From assembly GCA_031425655.1 (NCBI GenBank), contig JANPJS010000280.1, positions 1 through 33,680 of the forward strand: 33,680 nucleotides of DNA, written 5' to 3'. This DNA is from Abditibacteriaceae bacterium. GTDB taxonomy: Bacteria; Armatimonadota; Abditibacteriia; Abditibacteriales; Abditibacteriaceae. The notes under the pieces are model-generated. The model was not told where the DNA came from, made no database searches, and saw only the letters and a program-made list of their open reading frames with translations. The first letter of the stretch is position 1, and every line of letters starts with the position of its first letter. This document shows positions 18,304-29,037 of this stretch, piece by piece. Made by a program: the position numbers and the translations under genes.

Positions 18304-18837
18304 ATGGGCGAGATTTTAGGGACATTTGGGATTGAGCCGAAGTTCTTTCTCACGATGACGATTGGATTCTTAATCCTCTTCGCCATTTTGAAGAAGTTCG
18401 CTTTCGGCCCCATTTTCGGGATGTTGCAGGCACGCCAGGACAAGATTCGCGGCGACCTCGACGATGCCGAAGCGCGCCGCAATGAAATGGTGCGCTTGCA
18501 AAAAGAATACGAAACGCGCCTCGCGCAAATCGAAGATGAGGCGCGCGACAAAATTCAAGCTGCCGTCAAAGAAGCGGGCACAGCGCGCGAAGAACTCTTG
18601 CAAAAAGCGCACGCCGACGCCGATGAAGTGCGGCGCCGCGCTCAGGAAGACATCGTGCGCGAACGAGAAATCGCCAACGCCGAAATGCGCGACCAAATCG
18701 CCAAATTGTCGGCGCAGGTCGCCGGGCGCTTGATCAAGCAAACGCTTGACCCGGCAGCGCACGCGCGCTTGGTTGACGAAGTTATCGGCAGCATCGGCGC
18801 GCCTTCGACCAATGGCGTGGCAGCGGGTGGCCGCTAA
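18304..18837 (+). CDS. atpF: ATP synthase subunit b
   Basis: N-terminal TM, KKFAFGPI..L.AR, coiled coil. Confidence 0.93.
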   Translation: MGEILGTFGIEPKFFLTMTIGFLILFAILKKFAFGPIFGMLQARQDKIRGDLDDAEARRNEMVRLQKEYETRLAQIEDEARDKIQAAVKEAGTAREELLQKAHADADEVRRRAQEDIVREREIANAEMRDQIAKLSAQVAGRLIKQTLDPAAHARLVDEVIGSIGAPSTNGVAAGGR

Positions 18838-19391
18838 TGGGCGGCGGAGACTTGCGCGCGGCGCGTCGTTACGCGCGTGCTCTTTTTCACATCGCGCTCA
18901 AAGGTGGGCAGCAGGATGCCGTCGCGCAAAACCTTGACGACATCACGCAGGCGGCGAAAACCTCGCCCGATTTGATGAACGTGCTGCGCCATCCTCGCAT
19001 CACACGCGAGCGCAAAAAAGCCTTACTGCACCACATTTTCGAGGGGCGCGTGCAGCCTGTCGTCGAGAACTTTTTGTTCTTGGTCATCGAAAAAGACCGC
19101 GCCGGCATTCTGCCCAATATCGCCGAACAGTTCCGCGAATTGTTGGATGAGCAGCGGCGCGAAATGGACGCCGAAGCCGTGACGGCTGTGCCCTTAACCG
19201 ACGCGCAAACCGACGCCCTGCGCCTTCGACTCGAAGCCGCCACAGGTTACAAAATCCGCCTGCACACACGGGTAGACGACGCCATTTTGGCCGGTCTGAT
19301 GGTGCGCGTGGGCGATAAATTATACGACGGAAGCGTCGTCGCACAACTGCAACGCATCGAAGAACAGTTGCGGCAAGTGAAAGTTAGCTAA
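18837..19391 (+). CDS. atpH: ATP synthase subunit delta
   Basis: ARRYARALF, TAVPL, AGLMVRVGDKLYDGSV. Confidence 0.95.
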   Translation: MGGGDLRAARRYARALFHIALKGGQQDAVAQNLDDITQAAKTSPDLMNVLRHPRITRERKKALLHHIFEGRVQPVVENFLFLVIEKDRAGILPNIAEQFRELLDEQRREMDAEAVTAVPLTDAQTDALRLRLEAATGYKIRLHTRVDDAILAGLMVRVGDKLYDGSVVAQLQRIEEQLRQVKVS

Positions 19392-19469
19392 AGTTTTGAA
19401 TTTTAAGTTTTGAGTTTTGAGTTAGGGACTGAGTTTCAACTCAAAACTTAAAACTCATAATTCAAAACT
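19392..19469. repeat. Inverted heptamer array (TTTTGAG family), 32-bp arms
   Basis: 19392-19423 vs 19438-19469, 3 mismatches; begins immediately after the atpH stop. Confidence 0.9.
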
Positions 19470-19481
19470 CTCGGAGGAATT

Positions 19482-21005
19482 ATGGCTTTGAGGCCCGAAG
19501 AAATCACCAGCGTTCTGCAACGCGAGTTGGAAGGTTTCGATCAAGATTTGAAGATGGTTGATGTCGGCACCGTGCTGGAAGTCGGCGACGGCATCGCGCG
19601 CGTTTACGGTTTGCAAGGCTGCAAAGCCGGCGAGCTTTTGGAGTTCCCGGTTTCGCCCGATACGGGACGCCCCACAATGGGCATCGCGCTCAACCTTGAA
19701 GAAGACAACGTCGGCGTGGTTATCGCCGGCGATTACAATCACATCACCGAAGGCTCCGAAGTCAAAACAACGGGCCGCATCGCTGACGTTCCGGTCGGCC
19801 CGGCGCTTTTGGGCCGCGTGGTCAATGCTTTGGGCGAGCCGATTGACGGCAAAGGCCCGATTGTTACCGACAAGCGCGCCCTGATTGAAGTCAAAGCGCC
19901 CGGCGTGATGCAGCGCGAAGGCGTCAAGCAGCCGCTGCAAACCGGCATCAAGGCCATTGACTCGATGATTCCCATCGGTCGCGGCCAGCGCGAACTCATC
20001 ATCGGCGACCGCCAGACCGGGAAAACTGCCGTCGCTCTCGATACCATCATTAATCAACGCGGCCAAGATGTTTTCTGCATCTATGTGGCGATTGGGCAGA
20101 AAGCGGGCACCGTCGCTTCGATGGTGGCTGCGTTGGCGCAAGCCGGCGCGCTGGAATACACGATTGTCGTCGTCGCTTCGGCCAACGACTCGGCGCCTTT
20201 GCAATACATCGCGCCCTTCGCCGGCACCGCGATGGGCGAATACTTCCGCGACAACGGCCAGCACTCGCTGATCGTTTATGATGATTTGTCGAAGCACGCC
20301 GTCGCGTATCGCTCGATGTCGCTTTTGCTGCGCCGTCCGCCGGGCCGCGAAGCCTATCCCGGCGACGTTTTCAACCTGCACAGCCGCCTTTTAGAGCGTT
20401 CGGCCAAGATGCACCGCGATTTGGGCGGCGGTTCGCTGACCGCGCTGCCGATCATCGAAACGCAGGCCAACGACATTTCCGCCTATATTCCGACCAACGT
20501 GATTTCGATTACCGACGGCCAGATATTCCTTGAGCCGGACTTGTTTTATGCGGGCCAGCGTCCGGCTATTTCGGTCGGTCTTTCGGTATCGCGCGTGGGC
20601 GGTTCGGCACAGATTAAAGCCATGCGCCAAGTCGCCGGCCCGCTAAAGCTCACCCTTGCCCGCTATCGTGAACTGGCTGCTTTCGCGCAGTTCGCCAGCG
20701 ATTTGGATAAAGGCACACAGGCCCAGCTTGCGCGCGGCCAACGCCTGACCGAACTGCTGAAGCAGGCACAGTTCCAACCGATGCCGGTTGAGCAGCAAGT
20801 GATGATTCTCTTTGCAGCGACCAACGGCTTCCTCGACACTATTGCTGTTGAAAACGTGCTGCGCTACGAAAAAGAGTTTCTCGCCTACGTGGCCGAGCGT
20901 TATCCCGAAGTCGCGGCTTCGATTCAGAAGGAAAAGGCGATCAGCGACGAAACCACAGAGCGCCTCAAAGCCGCCGCCGGAGAATTCACCGCGCAGTTCA
21001 AATGA
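19482..21005 (+). CDS. atpA: ATP synthase subunit alpha
   Basis: [33 protein letters not shown]. Confidence 0.98.
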   Translation: MALRPEEITSVLQRELEGFDQDLKMVDVGTVLEVGDGIARVYGLQGCKAGELLEFPVSPDTGRPTMGIALNLEEDNVGVVIAGDYNHITEGSEVKTTGRIADVPVGPALLGRVVNALGEPIDGKGPIVTDKRALIEVKAPGVMQREGVKQPLQTGIKAIDSMIPIGRGQRELIIGDRQTGKTAVALDTIINQRGQDVFCIYVAIGQKAGTVASMVAALAQAGALEYTIVVVASANDSAPLQYIAPFAGTAMGEYFRDNGQHSLIVYDDLSKHAVAYRSMSLLLRRPPGREAYPGDVFNLHSRLLERSAKMHRDLGGGSLTALPIIETQANDISAYIPTNVISITDGQIFLEPDLFYAGQRPAISVGLSVSRVGGSAQIKAMRQVAGPLKLTLARYRELAAFAQFASDLDKGTQAQLARGQRLTELLKQAQFQPMPVEQQVMILFAATNGFLDTIAVENVLRYEKEFLAYVAERYPEVAASIQKEKAISDETTERLKAAAGEFTAQFK

Positions 21006-21100
21006 ATTGACGATTTGGGATTGACGATTGACGATTTAAAGGCGTCAGTCGAATGAATCGTCAATCTCAAATCGTCAATCGTCAATCAAAAATCGTCAAT
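21006..21100. repeat. Inverted heptamer array (TTGACGA family)
   Basis: 21006-21037 vs 21069-21100; starts directly after the atpA TGA. Confidence 0.9.
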
Positions 21101-21107
21101 CAGAATC

Positions 21108-22022
21108 ATGGCCTCATTAAGAGACATTAAACGAAAAATCCGCTCTGTTAAAAACATGAGGCAGATCACGCAGGCCATGAAGATGGTCGCGGCCTCACGT
21201 CTGCGCCGGGTGCAGGATCGCGTCGAAAAAGGCAAGCCTTACGCCGAAACGATGAACCATCTGGTCGGCGTGCTGGCGCCCAATGTGACCGAATTCTCGC
21301 ATCCACTGCTTGATAATCGTCCGGCGGGCGCGGTCGGCATTGTCGTCATCGCTGCCGACAAAGGGCTTTGCGGCTCTTACAACACCAACATTTTGCGTCT
21401 GGCGCACAATTTCGTGAATGAGAAGACGCAAGAAATGAGCGAAGGCGAGGCGCCGGGCCTGCGCAATGGACGCCCGGCGATCAAGTTAGTGACCGTTGGA
21501 CGCAAAGCGACCGATTATTTCACCAAGCGCGGTTACGCCGTAGCGCAAAACTTCCCCGCCGTCGGCCCGCAGGCGCCTTACGAAGAAGTGCGCGCCATTT
21601 CCAACGCGATTACCTCCATGTTTCTGACCGGCGAAGTGGACGAGGTTTACATTTGCTACACCGAGTTCAAATCGGTAATCAGCCAGAAGCCAAAAGCGAT
21701 TAAATTCCTGCCCATCGAGCCGCCAAGTGCGAGCGAGGAAGTCGAAACGAAAAAAGGCGGCATGGATTTCATTTTTGAGCCGGACGCGCCGCAGTTATTG
21801 GGCGTGCTCTTGCCGCGCTTCGTGGAAACGCGTGTTTATCAACTGTTGATGGAAGCTGTCGCTTCGGAATTCGGAGCGAAAATGACGGCGATGACCAACG
21901 CCACCAAAAACGCCGGCGAGCAAATCGAAGCATTGACCTTGCTAGCCAACCGCACCCGTCAGGCGAACATCACCAAAGAACTGCTCGACATCGTCGGCGG
22001 CGCAGAAGCGCTTAAAGGATAG
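21108..22022 (+). CDS. atpG: ATP synthase subunit gamma
   Basis: QITQAMKMVAAS, DKGLCGSYN, RQANITKELLDIVGGA. Confidence 0.97.
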   Translation: MASLRDIKRKIRSVKNMRQITQAMKMVAASRLRRVQDRVEKGKPYAETMNHLVGVLAPNVTEFSHPLLDNRPAGAVGIVVIAADKGLCGSYNTNILRLAHNFVNEKTQEMSEGEAPGLRNGRPAIKLVTVGRKATDYFTKRGYAVAQNFPAVGPQAPYEEVRAISNAITSMFLTGEVDEVYICYTEFKSVISQKPKAIKFLPIEPPSASEEVETKKGGMDFIFEPDAPQLLGVLLPRFVETRVYQLLMEAVASEFGAKMTAMTNATKNAGEQIEALTLLANRTRQANITKELLDIVGGAEALKG

Positions 22023-22026
22023 TTAT

Positions 22027-23534
<1,508 letters not shown>

Positions 23535-23536
<2 letters not shown>

Positions 23537-23599
23537 AATACAGAAGTCAGAAGTCAGTAGATTTCCGAATCTGCTTCTGACTTCTGACTTCTGTATTCT
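23535..23599. repeat. Inverted heptamer array (CAGAAGT family), perfect 23-bp arms
   Basis: AGAATACAGAAGTCAGAAGTCAG / CTGACTTCTGACTTCTGTATTCT; overlaps the atpD stop. Confidence 0.92.
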
Positions 23600-23611
23600 G
23601 AATTCTTACTC

Positions 23612-24028
23612 ATGGCTGGAACTTTCAATTTACAAATCGTGACGCCGGAGCGTGAAGTGTTCAACGGGCCGGTGGAAATGGTGTCGCTGCCCGGACTGGA
23701 CGGCTCATTCGGCGTATTGCGCAATCACGCGCCACTTATCGCCGCCCTGGATGCCGGCTTGGTTTCGGTTTTCGACCCGGACGGCGTCGAATCGCGCATG
23801 GCTATTGGCGGCGGATTTTTTCAAGTCGCTAATAATCAGGCGATTATTTTGGCCGACTCGGCGGAATTCGCGCAGGAAATTAGCTTGGAGCGTGCTCAGG
23901 AGTCGTTTAATCTGGCCCAAGCGCACCTCGAAGGCAAAATGGACGGCGAATTTCAAGTGCAGCGCGATGAAGCGGAAAAATCGCTGAAACGCGCACGCGC
24001 ACGCCTCAAAGCGGCGAGCGGCAAATGA
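23612..24028 (+). CDS. atpC: ATP synthase subunit epsilon
   Basis: IVTPER, GVLRNHAPLI, GGFFQV, LKRARARL. Confidence 0.96.
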   Translation: MAGTFNLQIVTPEREVFNGPVEMVSLPGLDGSFGVLRNHAPLIAALDAGLVSVFDPDGVESRMAIGGGFFQVANNQAIILADSAEFAQEISLERAQESFNLAQAHLEGKMDGEFQVQRDEAEKSLKRARARLKAASGK

Positions 24029-24117
24029 GAAATTTTTGACTATCCAATGAATTTCCATCTGGCAAAGCTACACCGGACGCGGCAATTGTGCTATACAATG
24101 CCGTGACCCTAACCTTT

Positions 24118-24163
24118 AAAGGGCAAACGCCGCGCTGTTTATTCGCGGTGAATGCCCTTTTTT
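24118..24163 (+). terminator. Intrinsic terminator (atp operon end, or attenuator)
   Basis: AAAGGGCA..CCGCG..CGCGG..TGCCCTTTTTT. Confidence 0.6.
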
Positions 24164-24340
24164 GCTGTCTGGCCTTTAATTTAACACCTTGACACGACCA
24201 ACCTGCGTTTGAAGAAACCTCTGAATATGCAGAGCGGTCGGAAGCAAGCCGTTTAACAAACCATCATCGCAGCCACCATCGCGGCACACATTACAGCACG
24301 ACCGTCGCCTCAAACGGCGACAGTCAAACGGGGGCTTCCA

Positions 24341-25747
24341 GTGGAACTTATGACTCAACCCAAACTCGTGGCCGGAACGTCGGGCGCAGCCAATGACAAG
24401 GCACCCACCGCAGGTTCGGCCACACTCGGCGAGCGTCTCGTCGTGTTAGGCGGAAAACCGCTGCACGGCGAAGTGCAGCTTTCCGGCTCCAAAAACTCGT
24501 CGCTGCCGATTTTGGCGGCTTCGCTTTTGGCTTCCAAAGGCCAATGCGTTTTGCACAACGTGCCGCACATCAGCGACGCCGACGCGATGCTCGAAATGCT
24601 TCAAGCTCTCGGCGCCCGCGTCGAGCATCGCGGCGATACCGTCATCATTGACGCGCAAGACCTCAACAATTCGGTCGCTCCCGACAAACTGGTGCGTAAA
24701 ATGCGCGCCAGTTTTTATGTGGCGGCTCCGCTTTTAGCCCGCTTGCGCCAGGCTGAAGTTCCTCTGCCCGGCGGCTGCGTTTTGGGCGCGCGGCCCGTCA
24801 ATTATCACATCAGCGCTTTTCAGAAAATGGGCGCACACATCGTTGTCGAACACGGCGCGATGCACGCCAAAGTGGATCACTGGCACGGCGCGGAAATTTA
24901 TCTCGAACCCAAATACTCGTCGGTCGGCGCGACGGTCAACATCATGATGGCCGCGACTTTGGCCGATGGCAAAACGACCATTGAAAACGCCGCGCGCGAG
25001 CCGGAAGTCGAAAATCTGGCCGATTTTCTAAACAAAATGGGCGCGCAAATTCACGGCGCGGGCACAGCGACGATTACCATCGAAGGTGTTGAAGAATTGC
25101 ATGGCGTCGAACACACCATTTACAACGACCGCATTGAAGCCGGCACTTATTTGGTGGCCGCAGCCATCACCGGCGGCGACGTGACGGTTCACGGATTATC
25201 GCCCAAACATCTGCCGATTTTCCTTGAGTGCCTTGAAGAAGCCGGCGTCGAGATTACCAGCGGCGACGATTGGATTCGCGCCCGCGCGACCGATACGCTC
25301 AAGGCCGTAGACGCTTCGACAGCGCCGTTCCCCGGCTTCGCCACCGATTTGCAGCCGCTTTATCTGACGCTGATGTGCTTTGCCGAAGGCCGCACCGTGG
25401 TGCAGGAAAACCTTTACGATGGCCGCTTCGGTTATGTGGACGAACTGATTCGCATGGGCGCGCAAATCGAAAAGAAGGATGGCCACACCGCCGTCGCAAC
25501 CGGCACCGGCTATTTAAGCGGCGCCGATGTGGAAGCCGCCGATTTGCGCGCGGGCGCGGCTTTGGTGCTGGCAGGCTTGGCCGCGCAGGGCAAAACGCAA
25601 ATCACCAACATTCACTATGTGGATCGCGGCTACGAAAACTTGGTGGACAAACTGCGTTCGTTGGGCGCGCAAATCACACGGCGCAAAGCCGTTCCCGGCC
25701 ACGAGGCACCACTCGAAGAAGCGCCCGCATTGGCTAAGGCCGGATAA
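24341..25747 (+). CDS. murA: UDP-N-acetylglucosamine 1-carboxyvinyltransferase
   Basis: GSKNSSLP, MRAS, LPGGCVLGARP (active-site Cys), AAREPE, DLRAGAAL, DRGYE; start GTG 24341 or ATG 24350. Confidence 0.97.
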   Translation: MELMTQPKLVAGTSGAANDKAPTAGSATLGERLVVLGGKPLHGEVQLSGSKNSSLPILAASLLASKGQCVLHNVPHISDADAMLEMLQALGARVEHRGDTVIIDAQDLNNSVAPDKLVRKMRASFYVAAPLLARLRQAEVPLPGGCVLGARPVNYHISAFQKMGAHIVVEHGAMHAKVDHWHGAEIYLEPKYSSVGATVNIMMAATLADGKTTIENAAREPEVENLADFLNKMGAQIHGAGTATITIEGVEELHGVEHTIYNDRIEAGTYLVAAAITGGDVTVHGLSPKHLPIFLECLEEAGVEITSGDDWIRARATDTLKAVDASTAPFPGFATDLQPLYLTLMCFAEGRTVVQENLYDGRFGYVDELIRMGAQIEKKDGHTAVATGTGYLSGADVEAADLRAGAALVLAGLAAQGKTQITNIHYVDRGYENLVDKLRSLGAQITRRKAVPGHEAPLEEAPALAKAG

Positions 25748-25761
25748 ATAGGCAAAGTTGG

Positions 25762-25820
25762 ACACACAGCATAGCCCTTCGCGGGCTGTAAAAATTTCCG
25801 CGAAGGGCTATGCTGTGTGT
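25762..25820. repeat. Perfect 23-bp inverted repeat (REP-like), related to 26326-26361
   Basis: ACACACAGCATAGCCCTTCGCGG / CCGCGAAGGGCTATGCTGTGTGT. Confidence 0.85.
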
Positions 25821-25840
25821 GCCATCTATCGGGAGAATCC

Positions 25841-26296
25841 ATGGCGATTGAGTTCTTTCCAGTTATTGAAGGCCAAGAACGCGACGAATTGATTATTTTT
25901 GATGGCGGCAAGTCGATTAGCCATTGTAGTGATCAATTGGAAAAAATTGCCGCCGAGATTCAAGTGCCGCCGCTTGAAGCGTTCTTTAACATGAGCCGTG
26001 CTGAAGCGATTGAATCTTTGGATGAAGATGCTGTTGAAGAAACTGAAAGTGAAGCCGAGGAGACTGCGGATGGCTGGTTTCTTAACGGCGCCTTTTGTTG
26101 GACGCGCGAGGCACGCTGGTTTCCGGCGGAGGAAGGACTAAAAACCGTGCGAAGTCTGGCTGCTTATCTGCGCGAGCATCCTGAAGTTCTGGAAGAGGGC
26201 GTCACGGGCCCACTCATTGTCTTGCAAGAAATAAAAGAGCTTCTCGAACAGGCGCACTCCGAGGGCAAAGGCTTTCATATGTCCTGCTCGTTTTGA
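25841..26296 (+). CDS. Hypothetical acidic protein
   Basis: SD GGGAGA; MAIEFFPV...WFPAEEGLKTVRSL...KGFHMS; more AT-rich than its neighbours. Confidence 0.75.
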   Translation: MAIEFFPVIEGQERDELIIFDGGKSISHCSDQLEKIAAEIQVPPLEAFFNMSRAEAIESLDEDAVEETESEAEETADGWFLNGAFCWTREARWFPAEEGLKTVRSLAAYLREHPEVLEEGVTGPLIVLQEIKELLEQAHSEGKGFHMSCSF

Positions 26297-26325
26297 AAGT
26301 TATCACTATTCGCTAAGTTATATTG

Positions 26326-26361
26326 GCCTTTCGCACGAAGGTGCGAAAGGCTATGCTGTGT
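26326..26361. repeat. Second REP-like hairpin copy
   Basis: GCCTTTCGCAC-GAAG-GTGCGAAAGGC followed by TATGCTGTGT; 18/19 match to 25800-25818. Confidence 0.7.
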
Positions 26362-26376
26362 CAGGTAGCGTGTTTC

Positions 26377-27405
26377 ATGTTTGGTTTAAGCAAAGATATT
26401 GGCATTGACTTGGGCACCGCAAACGTGCTGATTTATCAGCGTGGGCGAGGCATTGTCTTGCGCGAACCGGCGGTAGCGGCCATTAACCGAACTACGAAGG
26501 AATTGAAGTTCGCCGGCGAAGACGCACGCCAAATGTTGGGCCGCGAAACCAATTCCATCGAAGTGGTGCGTCCCATCCGCGACGGGGTGATCGCCAATTT
26601 TACGGTCACGCAGCAAATGCTGGCCTACTTCGTTAAAAAGGTGCTGGGCAACAACTTTCTTTTCAAGCCGCGCGTGATTATTTGCGTGCCGTCGGGCGTA
26701 ACCGGCGTGGAAAGGCGTGCGGTTCTGGAAGCCGCGCACAAAGCTGGAGCCAAAGAAGCGTATCCCATCGAAGAGCCGATGGCCGCCGCAATCGGCGCCG
26801 GACTCAATATCGGCGACCCGGAAGGCAACTTGGTCGTGGACATCGGCGGCGGCACGACCGATGTCGCGGTGATTTGTCTGGGTGGCATCGTGGTTTCCGA
26901 ATCGGCACGCATCGGCGGCAACAAAATGGACGAGGCCATCGCGCGTCACATCAAGCGTGAGCATAATCTCATCGTCGGCGAAACCACGTCGGAAGAAGTG
27001 AAAATCACCATTGGCTCGGCGGCGCGGCTGGACGAAGAATTGTATTTGGAAGTCAAAGGCCGCGACATGATCAACGGCCTGCCGCGCACCATTGAACTCA
27101 CTTCGGAAGAAGTGCGCCTCGCGCTGACCGAGCCGATTAATCAGATCATCGCGCGCGTGCGCTTGGTTTTGGAGCAAACGCCGCCGGAATTGTCCGCCGA
27201 CATCATCGCGCAAGGCATTTGGCTGACGGGCGGCGGCGCGCTGCTGCGCGGCATTGACCGCCTTATCGCGGAAAACACCGGAATCCCGGTGCATATTGCC
27301 GAAGACCCGCTGTCCTGCGTGGCGATTGGCACCGGCAAGGCGCTCGATCAAATCGAAATGTTAGCCGAAACGCACTTCGCCTTCGCGGGTAGAAAATCGA
27401 GGTGA
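26377..27405 (+). CDS. mreB: Rod shape-determining protein MreB/Mbl
   Basis: IGIDLGTAN, EEPMAAAIGAGL, DIGGGTT, TPPEL, LTGGGALL. Confidence 0.95.
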   Translation: MFGLSKDIGIDLGTANVLIYQRGRGIVLREPAVAAINRTTKELKFAGEDARQMLGRETNSIEVVRPIRDGVIANFTVTQQMLAYFVKKVLGNNFLFKPRVIICVPSGVTGVERRAVLEAAHKAGAKEAYPIEEPMAAAIGAGLNIGDPEGNLVVDIGGGTTDVAVICLGGIVVSESARIGGNKMDEAIARHIKREHNLIVGETTSEEVKITIGSAARLDEELYLEVKGRDMINGLPRTIELTSEEVRLALTEPINQIIARVRLVLEQTPPELSADIIAQGIWLTGGGALLRGIDRLIAENTGIPVHIAEDPLSCVAIGTGKALDQIEMLAETHFAFAGRKSR

Positions 27406-27414
27406 AGCGAAAAT

Positions 27415-27600
27415 TTTCAATGGAACACGGAGGCTTCGCCTTCACGGAAACGGCACAGATTTACACGGTTAATTTTTGAGATTCAGACTAAAAAGAAAAT
27501 TTGTCTGCCCAAATTCTCAAATTGCTTCAAGCAAATTCACAAAAATCCGTGTAAATCCGTGCCGTTTCCGTGAAGGCGAAGCCTCCGTGTTCCATTGAAA
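27415..27600. repeat. Long inverted-repeat element, CACGGA family (54-bp arms)
   Basis: 27415-27468 vs 27547-27600, 1 mismatch; between convergent stop codons. Confidence 0.92.
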
Positions 27601-27607
27601 TCGCTGG

Positions 27608-28069
27608 CTACTGCAAATTTCCGCCGCCGCTGGCGCGTGTGATTTTCCATTGGCCGTCGCGCTTTTCCCACGAAGTGGAAAAATCGCCGGAGGCCGGGGT
27701 GTCTACGGCGCCGCGAAAGGTGCGAACGTCCACTTTGAAATAGCCGGTCGCGGTGGCCGTCGCGCCCTGCACGACGGGACGCACGTTGGTGAAATTCAAG
27801 CGAAAGTCGCGTTTGCGCAGACCTTCGTAAAACGCGCCGTAAAGCAGGCTGCTGATTTCGCTGCGCTTGCGCCCGTCCCAGGTGAAGTCTTCGGCGAGGT
27901 AATTCATCACGCCGCCGACCGAGCCGGATTCAGCCGACGTGCGCAAGCCTTCGATATTCGCAGCGATTTGCTCTTCGTCGCTCAAAGTTGGATGCGTGGC
28001 GCGCCACCAGAGCAGGCCGCCGACCAGCAAAAGTAAAACGCCAAGCGCTAAAATGATTTTGCGCGCCAT
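27608..28069 (-). CDS. Membrane-anchored NTF2/SnoaL-like (DUF4440-like) protein
   Basis: N-terminal TM, YLAEDF, WEKRDGQWKI. Confidence 0.75.
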   Translation of the reverse strand: MARKIILALGVLLLLVGGLLWWRATHPTLSDEEQIAANIEGLRTSAESGSVGGVMNYLAEDFTWDGRKRSEISSLLYGAFYEGLRKRDFRLNFTNVRPVVQGATATATGYFKVDVRTFRGAVDTPASGDFSTSWEKRDGQWKITRASGGGNLQ

Positions 28070-28143
28070 GAAAAATCCTTATCAAACAAATGGAGCCAGA
28101 ATTGCCGGGAGTCGGCTGAAAGTTTAGACGGATTATCACTTCC

Positions 28144-28875
28144 ATGAAACAAGAACTGCGATATAAACGAATTTTGCTGAAGATTTCCGGCGAAGCCTTA
28201 GCCGGCCCCGCCGGTTACGGTTTGGACGGAAAAGTGCTGGCGCGCATCGCCGAGGAGATTAAAGCCGTGGCCGCAGCCGGCGTGCAAATGGGCGTCGTGT
28301 GCGGTGGCGGCAACATTTTCCGGGGCATGAAGGCCGCGACCGAGCAAGGCATGGATCGCGCGACCGCCGATTACATGGGAATGCTGGCGACCGTGCAAAA
28401 CTCGCTCGCCTTGCAGGATTATCTCGAACGAGCCGGCGTGGCGACGCGCGTTCTCACCGCCATTGACATGAAAGAAGTCGCCGAGCCGTTCATTCCGCGC
28501 CGCGCGCTGCGCCATCTGGAAAAGGGCCGCGTTGTGATTTTCGCGGCGGGAACCGGCAACCCGTATTTCACGACGGACACCGCCGCCGTCTTGCGCGCCG
28601 CCCAAATTGGCGCCGAAGCGATTTTCAAAGCCACGGACGTAGACGGCGTTTTCGACCGCGACCCGCAAAAATTCGAGGACGCCGTGCGCTTCGAGCGCCT
28701 CAGCTACATTCAAGTCTTGGATCGCGGCCTCAAAGTGCTCGATTCGACCGCCGTTTCGCTTTCGATGGACAACAATATCCCGATTGTCGTCTTCAACATG
28801 GAAACCGACGGCAATATCATCCGCGCCGCAATGGGCGAGCAAGTCGGCACCACGGTCGGCAACGAATCGGCGTAA
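28144..28875 (+). CDS. pyrH: Uridylate kinase
   Basis: [36 protein letters not shown]. Confidence 0.97.
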   Translation: MKQELRYKRILLKISGEALAGPAGYGLDGKVLARIAEEIKAVAAAGVQMGVVCGGGNIFRGMKAATEQGMDRATADYMGMLATVQNSLALQDYLERAGVATRVLTAIDMKEVAEPFIPRRALRHLEKGRVVIFAAGTGNPYFTTDTAAVLRAAQIGAEAIFKATDVDGVFDRDPQKFEDAVRFERLSYIQVLDRGLKVLDSTAVSLSMDNNIPIVVFNMETDGNIIRAAMGEQVGTTVGNESA

Positions 28876-28896
28876 TTTTTAGCGGTTCAAAACCCA

Positions 28897-28933
28897 AAAA
28901 GCCGGTGCGTTGATTTTCAATGCACCGGCTTTT
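28897..28933 (+). terminator. pyrH intrinsic terminator
   Basis: AAAAGCCGGTGCGTTGA / TCAATGCACCGGCTTTT. Confidence 0.8.
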
Positions 28934-28971
28934 GCGGTTGTGTGTCTCTTACGAGATTGTGCTGGATTTAT

Positions 28972-28997
28972 GCGACAGAATAGTCGTTCTGTCGCGG
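28972..28997 (+). repeat. Collapsed attC remnant (R'' and R' ends only)
   Basis: GCGACAGAA-TAGTC-GTTCTGTCGCGG; TAGTCGTT matches the right end of the 30882-30970 site. Confidence 0.55.
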
Positions 28998-29037
28998 CGC
29001 GCGGCTTGGCGGGTGGCGTGAGTTAAAATAGAAGAGT

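Noticed and set aside
19455..20381. Long antisense ORFs (also 26386-27351, 32510-33562, 22403-23095, 15230-16039)
   Set aside because: They lie opposite conserved genes in GC-rich, codon-biased DNA and show no recognisable motifs.
24118..24165. c-di-GMP-I riboswitch suggested by GGGCAAAC
   Set aside because: No GAAA tetraloop stem or downstream GACGCAAAGC motif; the sequence folds as a simple terminator.
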